A DNA stretch of 64,000 bases from Hydrolagus colliei (GCA_035084275.1 CM068778.1:992001-1056000); one strand, 5' to 3'; shown: positions 22,393 through 35,135, numbered from the stretch's first letter. Numbers and translations: made by a program. The notes: generated by a model from the letters alone, not told the origin.

Positions 22393-22760
22393 CCGCCTTT
22401 CAATGTTCATATATGGTACATACTTGTAAAAGTGCCATATTGCAAGCAGTGATAAGACCATATTGGATTCCAAATAAAAAATGACAGTACCACATTAAGA
22501 CATTAACGTGAAGAAACAATAATTTGTGTCCACAGCAAGGTCCCAGGCCACTTGTCCACTGTGTGTGAGGATAATGGCGCCCCCTGTTCTACCCCAGTGT
22601 CAGTGCAGCCTGCAGTCACCCGCCTTTTCATACCATTGGAAAAAGCACCAAACTCACTCGGCCAAAGAGAGGAGTAAATATAAACCTTTTTCAGGTGATT
22701 ATTGACTGCGACTCACCATGCAGACCCATTCCATGCATAATTCTTATTTTAATCTGTAGC
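22393..22760 (+). repeat. Direct duplicate of 110-200 + 667-920 (CTCF-like unit), lacking the CR1 insertion
   Basis: Matches TTCAATGTTCATAT...GCAGTGATAA and ATTAAGACATTAACGTGAAGAAACAAT...TTTAATCTGTAGCA. Confidence 0.85.
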
Positions 22761-23694
22761 AGATTTATTATAATCGCTATATTAAATGCAGGGACAATTA
22801 TTAATTTTATGCTTATTTTTATTATTGCTATGTCAGCCACTTGGTAGCGCTCTCTCCTCTGGATCACAACATTGTGTTTCCAATTCCAACTTCAAATGCA
22901 AATTGGTGGATACTGAGTTGTTGTTGCTGGTTTGTCAAACTCAGTTTCCAAAATGCCTTGGACAATTTAGATTTTTGGTTATTTGGGTGACCGACATACA
23001 TCAAATTCAAAATCCTTCCTTAGGAGTATTCAAACCGAGCTGAAAGTCCCATGCATCCAACTTACACATACATATTCCTTTGAATGACTATACTATTGAT
23101 ATAGCACTTTCCGACCTGGAGAGCATCTTAAAGTTTTGATTCTGCTATCTCAGCACACAAGCTGGAGGTGGGTGCCAAATATGGGATTGTGGAAGGGAAA
23201 AATTAATGAAAGCGTGGTCAAAGAGGTATTCAAGTTGCTCTATAAACGAGGGGAGGAGACGATTGAGTTAATGGGGCTCATTAAAGCAGTTCTAGAGAGC
23301 TTGGACCGAATGGCTGAAAGCTTGTCTGCTGAAAGTGAGACAGAATGCACGGTAGACATCATGCAGGCTGCAGCTCACTGCACAATGGGAATGGTCATGT
23401 CAGACACATGTCCCACAAGGACAAAATCTCATTTGAAAGCCTCTTGGATAATATTGGAAACACTAGAATAGAACTGGTGACTACGGGGGTATATGTGGAA
23501 TGCCTCAGTCAGCAAATTGGGGCAGGTGTGGGGTGTGAACAGGTTGAAGAGAAAGGAAGGTGCTCGGCACAACAGTGTCCAACAAAAACTCATGGGTTGA
23601 ATGACCGAATTCTTTATATTGTTAACGTATTCTTACCCTTGGAAAGTGATCTGATGAGTGACTATCAACTGAGTTTCTACATTCTGCTAGGTTA

Positions 23695-23895
23695 ACAACA
23701 ACAACAACAACTTAAACTTATAAAGCGCCTTTCACATCGGGAGGACGTCCCAAGGCACTGCACAGGAGGCGTGTGACCCGAGCTGGGAGGGGAGTGTTCG
23801 GGAAGGGGTGAAACAGGAGCTTGTGGAGTAAGGAAACTTGCCTAAGGTTTTGCCCTGCCCGGGAATCAAACCTTGATCCTCTCACTTGGGAAGTG
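23695..23895 (-). mobile_element. 5'-truncated SINE with alternative L2-type tail
   Basis: B-box-like GGTTTGATTCCC, GGCAAGTTTCCTTACTCCAC core, tail GATGTGAAAGGCGCTTTATAAG(TTG)n. Confidence 0.75.
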
Positions 23896-24009
23896 TGTGC
23901 AAAAGGTAATAAATCACAACATTGAGAATGAGTACCAGTAACTCTGCTATCCAATACAGTTCAGGATTCTTCTGTAACTGATTAGTATGAGTGTAAAGAT
24001 CTTGAAATT

Positions 24010-24079
24010 GATCCATTGTGCCATGGAGACAGTGGATCCATTGTGCCATGGAGACAGTGGATCCATTGTGCCATGGAGA
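24010..24079 (+). repeat. 25-bp tandem repeat, ~2.8 units
   Basis: GATCCATTGTGCCATGGAGACAGTG x2 plus GATCCATTGTGCCATGGAGA. Confidence 0.92.
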
Positions 24080-24510
24080 TATCTGGTTGCTACCTGTCCA
24101 TTTCATGCTGTTGTTAGGGCATCTGTTTATCATCTTATCTGATGAGAAGCAAATCATCGCCTCTGAAAATCCAGCCAACCCTCCCCACCACCATCCACAA
24201 CAAACTGCACTGCACGATCAGCCTGGACTCTGTAATTAAAGTCCCAATGTAAGGATTGAATCCGCACATGTCTGGCTGACGCAATAAACCAAGATGATAA
24301 ATCAATGAATCAATCAGAGTTGTTTTTCTGAGGCTAATACCCATGTTATGAATTAGTTTATTCCCTGATAAATGTTGAACGTGTTTGCTCACTTGCCTGT
24401 ATATAACACCCATTATTGTGCATTGAAAGAGTCCCAGTGGAGGATTACCTTACTATATATAACAGAGTTTCGATCACACCACACATGTTTTTGATGCTGT
24501 CGTGAAGAAC

Positions 24511-27500
24511 ATGGGTTTCCCACCGATAGTACAGATAGGTTTCATTTTTTACCATTTTCTGACAGTGATAGGAATCCCTGGTAAGACAATTTGTAGCTTT
24601 ATAATATTACAACTGTTCTGTCTCAGCTTCTGCTGTTGCTCAACAGGTATGGGTTGGCTGTACGTTCCCCTGCCTCATCTGTCCACCATTAGAGGGTAGA
24701 CCTAATGCTATCTGACACCCTCTGCTCCAGGGTGGGACTGCAGAATGGAATCAGATAGATGGCCACTTCGTTCAAGGTCTGTCTCAAGATTTACCTTATT
24801 GATCAAACATTTGGTTATTTTCCCCTCCCACCGCCCTATCGCCTTCCATAAGCATCTTGGGTGCCAAGTCATGAATGTTTAGTAACTTGGGACTTTCTCC
24901 CAACTTCCTGCTAACACAGAAACTGAGTAAATGTAAAATTGTATTGTATTGTGTTTATTCTCCTGTTCAGTTCCAACAAGTTTTTGTCACAGTTTCTCGA
25001 AATTGGTTTCCAATTGACTTGCATACCTACCTGTTCATTAGACTGTCAATGTACCATCTTTTGGGCTTTGACCTTCTTATCTTACAATACAATATATTTT
25101 ACATTTGTGCAGCATCTTTAACATCAGGAGGGCATCTCAAAGCATTTGACACTGCTGGCTGGGCACCTGATCTTCATGGAGATAGGTGGAAGTCACAGAG
25201 GTGGAGAAAGGCTGTAAATGATGTAGGCTTTGAGACCTATATTGATGTGGGCAAACAAGGAAGAGGTTAAGGGGAAAGCAATTTGGGTGGAGTTCTGGTG
25301 AATGGGTGGAGATTGAATGCTTCAATGTAGCACCATATAAGGTGGGGACATAAGGTAGAGTATTGGTCAGTAAGGCTGCAGGAGATCACATAGTTTGAGA
25401 TGGATATTGAGACCAAAGCTAGTTGACATGAAGGTGAGCATGAGGATCTTGAATTCAACTCTCACCTCTTTGAGTTTGGGTGCTGAATGTGGTAAATTCA
25501 CAACCTAATTCAATTTGGTGCCACCCAACGTGGCCAAGCAAGGCTCAATAGATATCAAGAGATGAAGGGGCTCTGGTCAATTCCAACATCTCTACCCATT
25601 CTAGCCTTCAACTGGAACCATGGCTGAGATCAGCTAAATCAAACTGGGTGAAGTTGGCAAACTTCCAATCTTGATAATAAAAAATAATGATCCTTGCCTG
25701 AAACATTAATATTTCCAAATGCTTCATTAGGATCTACTTTAAAGTGCACTGATTGTGTCGGCTAACCCAGCGGCCAATTGGTGCATAGCCAGGAAGGCAA
25801 TAATAAGTTTACCTTAATGATTGTTTGCCAAGCCAATGGGAGAGAATAAATCTCTTCCCTTTTCCAATAGTATCACAGGATCTTTGACTTCCATCCAAAC
25901 AAGCAGTTGTACCCAGTGTTTGAGGAATGAACAATGATATAATAATCATAATAATAATAATCCTTGCATTTGATATAGCGCTTTCCACATTTTATCAACG
26001 TCCCAAAGCGCTTCACAGAATACATTGTAAAGTGAATTGACTGTATATATTTGTGGGCGAATCGCGGCAGCCAATTGCGCACAGCAGTGTCCCACACACA
26101 GTCGTGGATTGAAATGACCAATTTTATTATTGTGATTTTTTTGGAGGGATTATTATTATTAGGCATGTGGAGTAAGGAAACTTGCCCAAGGTTTCGCCCT
26201 GACCTGCCTGGATTCGAACACAGGTCTCCCCAGCTTGGTCTCCCCAGCTTGTAAGACAAGTGCTCTAACCACTGAGCCACAGGAGCTCCACAAATATAGA
26301 CCAGGCAGATCATTAGTCTTAAGAGAAGCGATTCAAAGGGGCCACTGTGGAGGTATGTAAAAAACATTAATGGTTTAGAAAAGAAAACCGAGATCATACT
26401 TGCAGATATAGCAAGATAGTAGAGCAATTTTGGGGCAGATACCGGAAAGTCTTGTATCTCAGTGCTACAGTGTTTGCCTCACAAGTGAGAAACTTGGGAT
26501 TGATTTTGAACAGTGCAAACACTTGGGCAAGTTTTGCTTATTCTAAAGGCCTGAAAATAATCCCTCATGAAAATAATACTGCTAATAATTTAGTCAATCA
26601 ATATACAACAGTTTGTGGGACACTGCTGTGCAAAGTTGGCTACTGTGTTTTTCCCATTTAAATATAGTCAATTCACTTCACAACATGCTTACTCTACGAA
26701 GTGCTTTAAAGTGTTTTCAAGATGTGATAAAGTGTTATGATAAACGAAAGGATTATTATTATTGATATTGTTATCAGCATGCTTTAAACAATGTTAACAT
26801 TACCTCCTGATGTGAATAGCTGCTGTACCAAATGCAAGAAGGATTATTACATCAATAAAATGATACAAATCCTTCAATTTGAAAGATCTTTCCACATTGA
26901 TAGGACATCCCACAGTACAGATGATTAGTAGGATTATTGAGCCAAAGAGAACTTATACATAAATGTCTATACATAAAGTTTGGTACAATCAATTAGAATC
27001 TTAAATGTTCCTCTCTCTTTCCTATTGTTTGCAGCCAATTTGTTGACAACTGCTATCCTGTGTCAGGGAAGATGTGGACTCTCTCATGGTGTGTCTCTCT
27101 ACCTTTTGGCTATGACAACAGCAGATTTACTGGTACTAATTTTCAATGTTGTGATTTATTACCTTTTGCGTTACTATTTCCCATATTCATTTGTCGAGTA
27201 CACGCCAGTCTGCAGTGTAAATGAAGCCGTGAACTACATTCTAGTTGACAGCTCTGTGTGGCTGACGGTGGCCTTCACTGTGGACCGCTCTGCAGCAATC
27301 TGTTACCCAAAGCTCACAGTCAAATACTGCACACTGAGAACTGCACAGTGGATCACTGCATCCCTGTGTGGACTGAGCTGCCTGAAGAATATAGCCGTTT
27401 ACTTCAAGTTTGAATCTGTCTACCTCATACACCATGTGCCCATTGGTTGCAAGATAAAACCCTCCTACTACACATATACAGGATGGCTAATCTTTGATTG

Positions 27501-27939
27501 GCTTGATACTGTTTTCTGCCCACTTGTCCCCTACTTCATGATAATGATGCTCAATGCTTTGACTGTCAGGCATGTCCTGGCAGCCAACAGGAAACGCAGG
27601 TCTCTGCTGGGACGCAGGGCAGTGGGTAGCAATGATCCCGAGCTGCGGAGTCGGAGAAAATCCATCAATTTGCTCTTCGCAATCTCTGGGAGCTTCGTGT
27701 TACTGTGGATGCCATACGTTGTCTTCTTCCTACACTCCAGAAGCACAAACACTCACTATGTTCCATACGCCTACACTGACCCGCTTCTGATCGCTGAATT
27801 CACTGCGGATATGTTCCAGTTGCTAAGTTCTGGCACGAATACTTGCATTTATGCGTTGGCTCAGACCAGATTTAGACAGCAGTTACTCAATACCATCAAG
27901 CACCCATTTAACCTGATCGTCAACATGTTTAGAAAATAA
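24511..27939 (+). CDS. Class A GPCR, GPR139-like chondrichthyan-expanded type; two exons (24511-24580, 27035-27939), 324 aa
   Basis: Exon 1 MGFPPIVQIGFIFYHFLTVIGIP(G)|GTAAGA joins in phase 1 to TTGCAG|CC AAT giving ANLLTTAILCQGRCGLS..., TM2 YLLAMTTADLL, TM3 AFTVDRS, TM6 FVLLWMP, TM7 NTCIYAL; no stops. Confidence 0.9.
25940..26289 (-). mobile_element. Full-length tRNA-derived SINE with L2-like tail (in the GPCR intron)
   Basis: GGAGCTCCTGTGGCTCAGTGGTTAGAGC A box, GTTCGAATCC B box, internal CTGGGGAGACC duplication, (ATT)n tail. Confidence 0.9.
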
Positions 27940-29095
27940 AACAGCGAACAAGAATTTATCCTCCTTTGTCAGCCTACCGCAGGTAGCCATGCTCTTGGGT
28001 CTTATTTTGAAGGTTCTGGGTCCAAGCCCTAGAATAGTATTCCGAACCAAACATTCTAAGATGACTCCACAATGTTTCATTATCATCAGTACCTTCCTTC
28101 AAATGTTAAACGGCGGTGCCCTGTGCAGCGCATACCAGTAGCATAAAACTTAATTAAAACAGGTTTTGGTCTGCCACCTGGATCAGATGGAATACGAGAC
28201 TATCTTTAAAATATTACTGGTTTACATTATTATATACCTATACAATTGTCCTCATGTAACCTGTCAGCTTTGCAACAAAATACATGAACTAGTCCTAAAG
28301 CTTCATATTCAATTAAATTACATTGATTGTATTGAATTATTTTGCATAAACATGTTTACATCTATTCAAGGGTCAAAAGTGTTTCCTTTTGATGCTGTAA
28401 GTCAAGTGAATCCACCATTACACAAAACCACACTGTTAAAGAGGAGTGTTTTTAGATGGGCTTTGGAGGGGGAAAGGAAGAGTGGGCGAGAGAAAGGGGA
28501 CCGTGGGATGAAATTCCAAAGGGTAGTCAAAGGGTCTGATGGCCCAACCAGCAATGTTGCAGTAGCTGATATAGAGCAGGTGGGAAACCATTGACAGTGA
28601 GTGGACAGGACAATAAATTTACAAATGAACTCCTTCATCATCAGAAGGAGTACTCAACGTGCTGGAGAACCAGTGTTCCTAAACCGAGCTGGGGGTCGGG
28701 TTCAGGGATGTTGGTGGGCAGGGAGTAAAGGAGGGTGATCAAAGGAAAAGTCAAAGAGCGTACAGCCCCACAGGCTTTGGACAGAACCGTGCCATGGAAT
28801 AACTCACAAAGAGATCAAGTTATTCGCGTAAAGCACAAACAGTCATTTACTGTACCAACTGAAGCACTTGATTACCAAATGCAATGACAAGATATGCAAG
28901 CACGGAAGCCTAATCTAGATGAGTACATGTCTTTCTTCTTTGTCCTGTCTGGACAATGTCCTGCAGCTGGGGTTTGCTGATAGCCATGCTGAGCACTGCA
29001 ACTTCTAGGGGAGACAAAGTAACAGCTAACATGGTTTCCACGACACAGACAAACAAAGATATAGACAGAGAGAGAGAGAGAGACACACACGCACA

Positions 29096-29264
29096 NNNNN
29101 NNNNNNNNNNNNNNNNNNNNNNNNNNNNNNNNNNNNNNNNNNNNNNNNNNNNNNNNNNNNNNNNNNNNNNNNNNNNNNNNNNNNNNNNNNNNNNNNNNNN
29201 NNNNNNNNNNNNNNNNNNNNNNNNNNNNNNNNNNNNNNNNNNNNNNNNNNNNNNNNNNNNNNNN
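29096..29264. other. Assembly gap (169 N) within a CA-rich tract
   Basis: Run of N. Confidence 1.
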
Positions 29265-29359
29265 CCACACCCTCCCCTGCAAACCCCCGCCCAAAACACT
29301 CACCTACACACAACACCCCCCACACCCCCACAAACACAGTCCCACCCTGACACAAACGC

Positions 29360-29486
29360 CCTCTCGAGCCACCGCCGCCAACAGTCAACACGCATGTGAC
29401 TCCATGACGCTATGTACTGCGCGCCTGAATGGGGAGTGGGGGGGACCGACCACTGTCTCCCTGGCAACCAGTGATTGACAGGAGAG
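29360..29486 (-). promoter_or_regulatory. Promoter-like segment with one CTGTCAATCA + X-box unit
   Basis: Minus strand CTCCTGTCAATCACTGGTTGCCAGGGAGACAGTGG followed by CpG-rich GGCGCGCA...TTGGCGGCGG. Confidence 0.55.
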
Positions 29487-31080
29487 CGGATTCCTTCACT
29501 GATCCTGTTATCCTGGAGTGTGGCTACAACTACTGTCACTCCTGTATCACTCAGAGCAGGAGACAAATGCCGGAATGTCTGCAGATTGTTGCCGAAGGGA
29601 ACCTCAGGGTGAATCGAGCCCTGGTCAGAATGGTAGAGAAAGCTCAAGAATTCAGCCTGACTCCGCCACAGACAGGAATCAAACCTCACTGTGAGAAACA
29701 CAGCGAGGAACTCAAGCTGTTCTGTGAAACTGATAATAAATTGCTGCGTGTGGTTTGCAGTCATGGGCGAAAACAGAGGTCACAGTTTCCTGCCCATCGA
29801 TGAAGCTGCTGAAATCTACAAGGTAACAATACCCACTTCCCAGGCCATTCATTCATGTCTCTACTTTATATTTTCAATTTTCACACATTTATTCCTTGTG
29901 TTTGTTCCAGGATAAAGTGAAATCCTCCTTAGCCTCTCTCACACAGAGGGAGGAAACTGCTGTACAAGTTCAAGTCAAACAGAGAGAAAAGATCTCACAA
30001 GTGAAGGCAAGTTGTATCGGGGCTGATGTCTGTGCTCTCAGTGTATGTCTCCCTTTACTGTGTGTAGATGGTGTGATGTCTCTGTGTGTCTCCCTTTACT
30101 GTGAGTGCACGGAGTGATGCCTTGTGTCTGTATGTGTATGTGTCTGTACCATGTGATGCCTGATATTCTGTGGGAACAGGTGAACAGTCTCCAGAACCAG
30201 ATCACGGCTGATTTTGCTAAGCTGCGCCAGAGTCTGACTGACAGAGCAGCGGGTGATGGGAGAGCTCAGGCAGCGAGACGGGGAGATTTTACACCAAATG
30301 GAAAGAAATCTGCGAGAGATTCAGGACCACTTACATTCTGTTCAACAAGAACTCTCCGAGTTACAGAAACAGGTGGATTACACTTGTGATAGACACAGCA
30401 TCTCACACCAGGCTGACGTCCCAAGACGCTGGAGACTCACTGTTTCAGATCTGAGCTGGGGAGGGAGGGAGGGAAGCTAAAAGGGGGCATTTGGGGTGAC
30501 TAAGGGGACCGCTGAAGAGGAGGGTGATGGGGTGGGACTTGAAGGAGGTGAGGGACGGGGGGTGGGGGGGGGGGGGGGGGAGGGAGGAAGGCCAGGGAAG
30601 GGGTGAGGTGGAGGGAGGGGGGGAGGCAGAGGGCCAGTGGGATGGAGTTTATATCTCAAGTTTCTAACCATTTGGAGACAATATTGAGTGAGTAACGTTG
30701 CTGTGATAATGAAAGTAAACTTTGTTTTATGGAATTCTATTCTGTGACTGAGTTTACAATGCGGTGTCTCAGTGTCAACTCACATCTCTCTCTCTCTCTC
30801 TCTGTTTGTCTCTCTCTCTCTGTGCTTGATTTCATCAGGAGGAATCTGTGCTGAAGAAAAGGTATGAAATGTTCCTGATTTTAAAAAAATCCCATAATTT
30901 AATACACAAACAAAACACAACAGTGTGTGGTTTCACTTTATGACGTGAATGTGTGTTATTTCAGGATCAGTGATCAGGATTTTACGCTGTCAGTGTGTGA
31001 GGGTGATCTGTCTGTGGGGATATGCAAAGGGCCTGTACACTACACAGCCTGGAGACAGATAATACACGGCATCAGCGAAG
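29487..31080 (+). pseudogene. TRIM (RING-B-box-coiled-coil, TRIM39/69/A33-like) pseudogene lacking its start and PRY/SPRY
   Basis: DSFTDPVILECGYNYCHSCITQ (half RING), CEKHSEELKLFCETD (B-box), exons of 96 nt (29911-30006), a truncated coiled-coil exon (30174-~30372), 23 nt (30839-30861) and 116 nt (30965-31080, KGPVHYTAWRQ); 2-bp frameshifts near 29773 and 30243; GG instead of AG/GT at 30172 and 31081. Confidence 0.88.
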
Positions 31081-31087
31081 GGAGTGA

Positions 31088-31626
<539 letters not shown>

Positions 31627-34600
31627 AGTTTACATCATACTCTACAGCAATTTGAGTTCTCTCAAAGAGGTCAATATATCAAACACACAGACGAGGATGA
31701 TTATTATTGATGTCTACCCGGCAACAAGTCCACACAGTCTCACACTATTTCCTGCTCTGTGTTCCCTAATCGACAGCTTCCCCACCAATCCACACATCTC
31801 GTTGTCGCTGTGTTGCTCAACATCACAATGGGGGAAGCTGAGGTCACACCAATCCATTTAATATAACCGATTTAATCTTAACCCAAACAGGGATTTTACT
31901 CCTTTCTTTTTCTGGGTGAATTTGGCGCCTTTTTGAAAAGCAGGGTTACTACAGGATGGACAGACACTGACAGAGGGAGCCTGTGTGCACACACAGGGAA
32001 CACACGGCCTGAGACATTCTTGTGGACACAAATTATTTATCATTAATTGGCTCAAACATACTCTTTTTTATGATTCGGGTTGCATGTAACCCTATTATGG
32101 CTTGCAGTATGCCAATTTTACATGATCTAAAATTCTGTAAATATGTGAACATTCAAAGGCAGACGACAGTGTTTTGTCTTATTCAATGTTAATTTAATTT
32201 ACAATCTACTGTTGTTACGTATTTTGATTAGTTCATGAGGCTAGAATTAATAACACAGAACATTCAAAATGAAGATAAATATGACTTGATGTGGAAGTTT
32301 TAATGACCCTCTACACCTCTGATATTGTGTTTGATTCTAAAGCTGTAACATCTGATTGTCTGAATCTGTGGGTTATTGATCAATAATGTGAGTAACTATG
32401 TCTTTTTTATTCCTGATTATCATGTTTAGGGGAGTTGAATTCAGATAGGTTTCTCTAAAAAGCCATTTGTTAAAAAATTTAAACATGCTTTTTTTCTTCC
32501 TGGGATTTTCTCTAATACTTCGTACTGGAGAATACCTCTCTGCTGGTGAAATCAAATGTTTTCTATGGAGGTTGATTTTGTATGTTTGAGATTAATAATG
32601 GCTTCCAGGTCTTTAATGTTATATGCGAGTCTATAATTGCTAAACGTATGATCATCTGTATTTGACAAGAGTGAATGACACCTGTGTTCCGTGGCAGGGT
32701 GAAACCTCGGGCAAGTTTCCTTACTCCACATGATAATCTAATGATAATCTCTCAAAAAAAATTGGTAATTTCAATGCACAACTGTTTGTGGGGACACTGT
32801 TGTGCACAATTGGCTGCCACGTTTAGCCCACAAATATACAGTGAATTCATTTTACAGTTTATTCTGTGAAGCGCTTTGAGACGTCTCGAAAATCTGCGAA
32901 GCGCTATATCAAATGCAAGGATTATGTAGTGCAATTGAAAGGGAACCAATAAAAATCCTTAAATTGATGAGTGTATCACCTATTCTTGTTGTTTCGCCGA
33001 CAAATATACAGTCAATTTTTTTTTACTCTCATTCATCCTGCCCTGACCCCTCCCCCACTGCTCTTGTCCCTTTCTGACTGTACAGCGTGTTGGGACGTCC
33101 TCTCGATGTGAAAGGCACTATATAAATGTAAGTTTTGAGTGATTGATTGATTGATTCTAGATGGAAAGAAATTCTTTCCTTTCAGTCAATCGTCAGTTGG
33201 GCTAATAACAACAACAACTACATAATAATAATTGTCTATTGTTAATATATTTCTGAGTGTTTGGTACAATGCTACACTGTACTCTTAATAATGAAACAGA
33301 GAATATACAGAAATCAATAGCGTTCATCTTGATTACCAGTCCAAAATATGGCCTCTCAGATTGTACCTATTGAGGCAATAATTCAAGTTCAAGTAGTTTC
33401 ACTTCATCAAGAAATTTCAGCCACAGTTACCAGGGATGATACCAGTCAAAGTTACATTTCTGAAGATTTGTTCTGATACTTGTTTCTGTATTCTTAGAAT
33501 GAGTCAACCTGAATTCAGCAGAGCAGTTTAAAATAACAAAAATAGCAAAATAACACTCTGCTATTTGATATAATCCTTGGATTACAATCTATATATATAT
33601 ATATAGATATATATAGCATCCACAGCCCTTTGGGGTCTTCTAAATTACCCATAAAAATGGAATCTACAACAGCAGCGAAACCCACAGGTTTGAGAGAATA
33701 CACTGTAAAGTGAATTGATTGTATATGTGTGGGTGTAACTCAGTGACAAGCATTTGAAACAGATTTGTAGGATGCTAAGAAGACAAAACCAAAGTCATTT
33801 GACAAAGAATAGAACAGGGATTGAGTATTCTGCTTTGAGGAAATGTTGTACATTGAAATACAGTTACATATAGTTTTTTTTTAAAAAACGGATCATCAAA
33901 TCAGAATCCATAAACAGCAGCAAAACAGTGACTGACTAAGCTGGGGAGGGTGGGAGAGGGGGAGTATGAACAGTGGAATATCTATCATTATTTTCATTAG
34001 ATAGTGTGTTGCAATGTCTTGGAATGGAATTGGATAGTTGAGGATGAGTTTGCTTATGAGCTTGCCAGTGTACCTGCTACATGTGTGGAGTCTATCATTC
34101 TCTACACACACACACAACCAATATTCTGTTTTCATGTCTGATTAACTATACGTGAGCATTAAACAATTGCATGTTTAAATGAATACTGTTGTGTGTGTAT
34201 CTGGAAAAGCCTGTGTATTTCGCTGCTGTTTGTAGATTCCAAGTTGATGTTTACTGTACATCACTGTTTTCCTATAAGTGTTTGGTTATTGCTGTTTGCA
34301 AAATTGGTCATTGGAACTGAATCAATCGTGTGTATCAATCTTGAGTAGAAAAACAAGCCTAGTCTCCATATAACAGGCCCATATCCTGTGTCTAACAGGC
34401 TGGGCCTGTGTGTAACTGGCCTCACTGTTTAACATAAATTTGACAAGGTGATAAACTAAGAAGGTGAATAATATTGACATATGAAAAGCGATAGATGTTT
34501 TGTTACAAGGCCAAACTCTTTGAAATGTGATATGAAATCTACTACTACTGAGGAGCCGGTCAGTTTTCGGGCCTGTAGTTACACTGGGCTCTGTTTTCCC

Positions 34601-35135
34601 GCCATTTTGAAGATGGTCCAGGTGGGCGGGCGAGGACAAGGAGCGGGTGCTGGACTATTGTTGATTGATTTTGTTGTTAATATTATTGCTTTTGTTGTTT
34701 GTTGCTCTTGTTTGATTCCCTCCTACCCCACCCCTTCTTCTTCCCTTATTCCTTTCCCCCACTTTCTCCCCCCCCCTTTTCCCCGTCTCTCTCTTCCCTC
34801 TTGCCCCCTCTCTCTCTCCCTCCCCCTTTTTCCTATCTGATTGTTCCCCACCTTCGCCGCCCTCTCCCCCTTATCCTCTTTTCCCCTTTCCTCCCCTGGC
34901 CTCACTTCCACGACTGTTTGTGGGACACTGTTGTGCGCAATTTGGCTGCCGCGTTTTGCCCACGAACATACGGTCAATTTTCCTACTTTCCTTCCGCCAA
35001 CCACGACCCCTCCCCCCTGCTCTGGTCCCAACCTTGGGACATTGTTGTATTCTGTGAAGCACTTTGGGACGTCGATAAGATGTGGAAAGTGCGATATAAA
35101 CGTAAGGATTATTATTTATTATATCCGCGAACTCC

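Noticed and set aside
25940-26289. tRNA genes at SINE heads (also 19369, 40381, 57649)
   Set aside because: A and B boxes are present but there is no complete cloverleaf or acceptor stem; they continue into SINE body and L2-type tail.
26280-26430. Hydrophobic minus-strand ORF (LYYLAISASMISVFF...) as a second GPCR exon
   Set aside because: No recognisable family motif or convincing splice sites; most of ORF 25873..26427 is SINE.
26980-27034. ORF-track start of the GPCR at TTG 26980
   Set aside because: The segment is the polypyrimidine tract and acceptor; TM1 is completed by the upstream exon at 24511-24580.
31895-31950. PAFQKGAKFTQKKKG as an H2B-tail remnant
   Set aside because: The DNA is better explained as the third copy of the non-coding 667-920 unit.
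32373-32555. 60-codon minus-strand ORF (…RENPRKKKSMFKFFNKWLFRET…) as an exon
   Set aside because: No recognisable homology and no good donor site; left unassigned.
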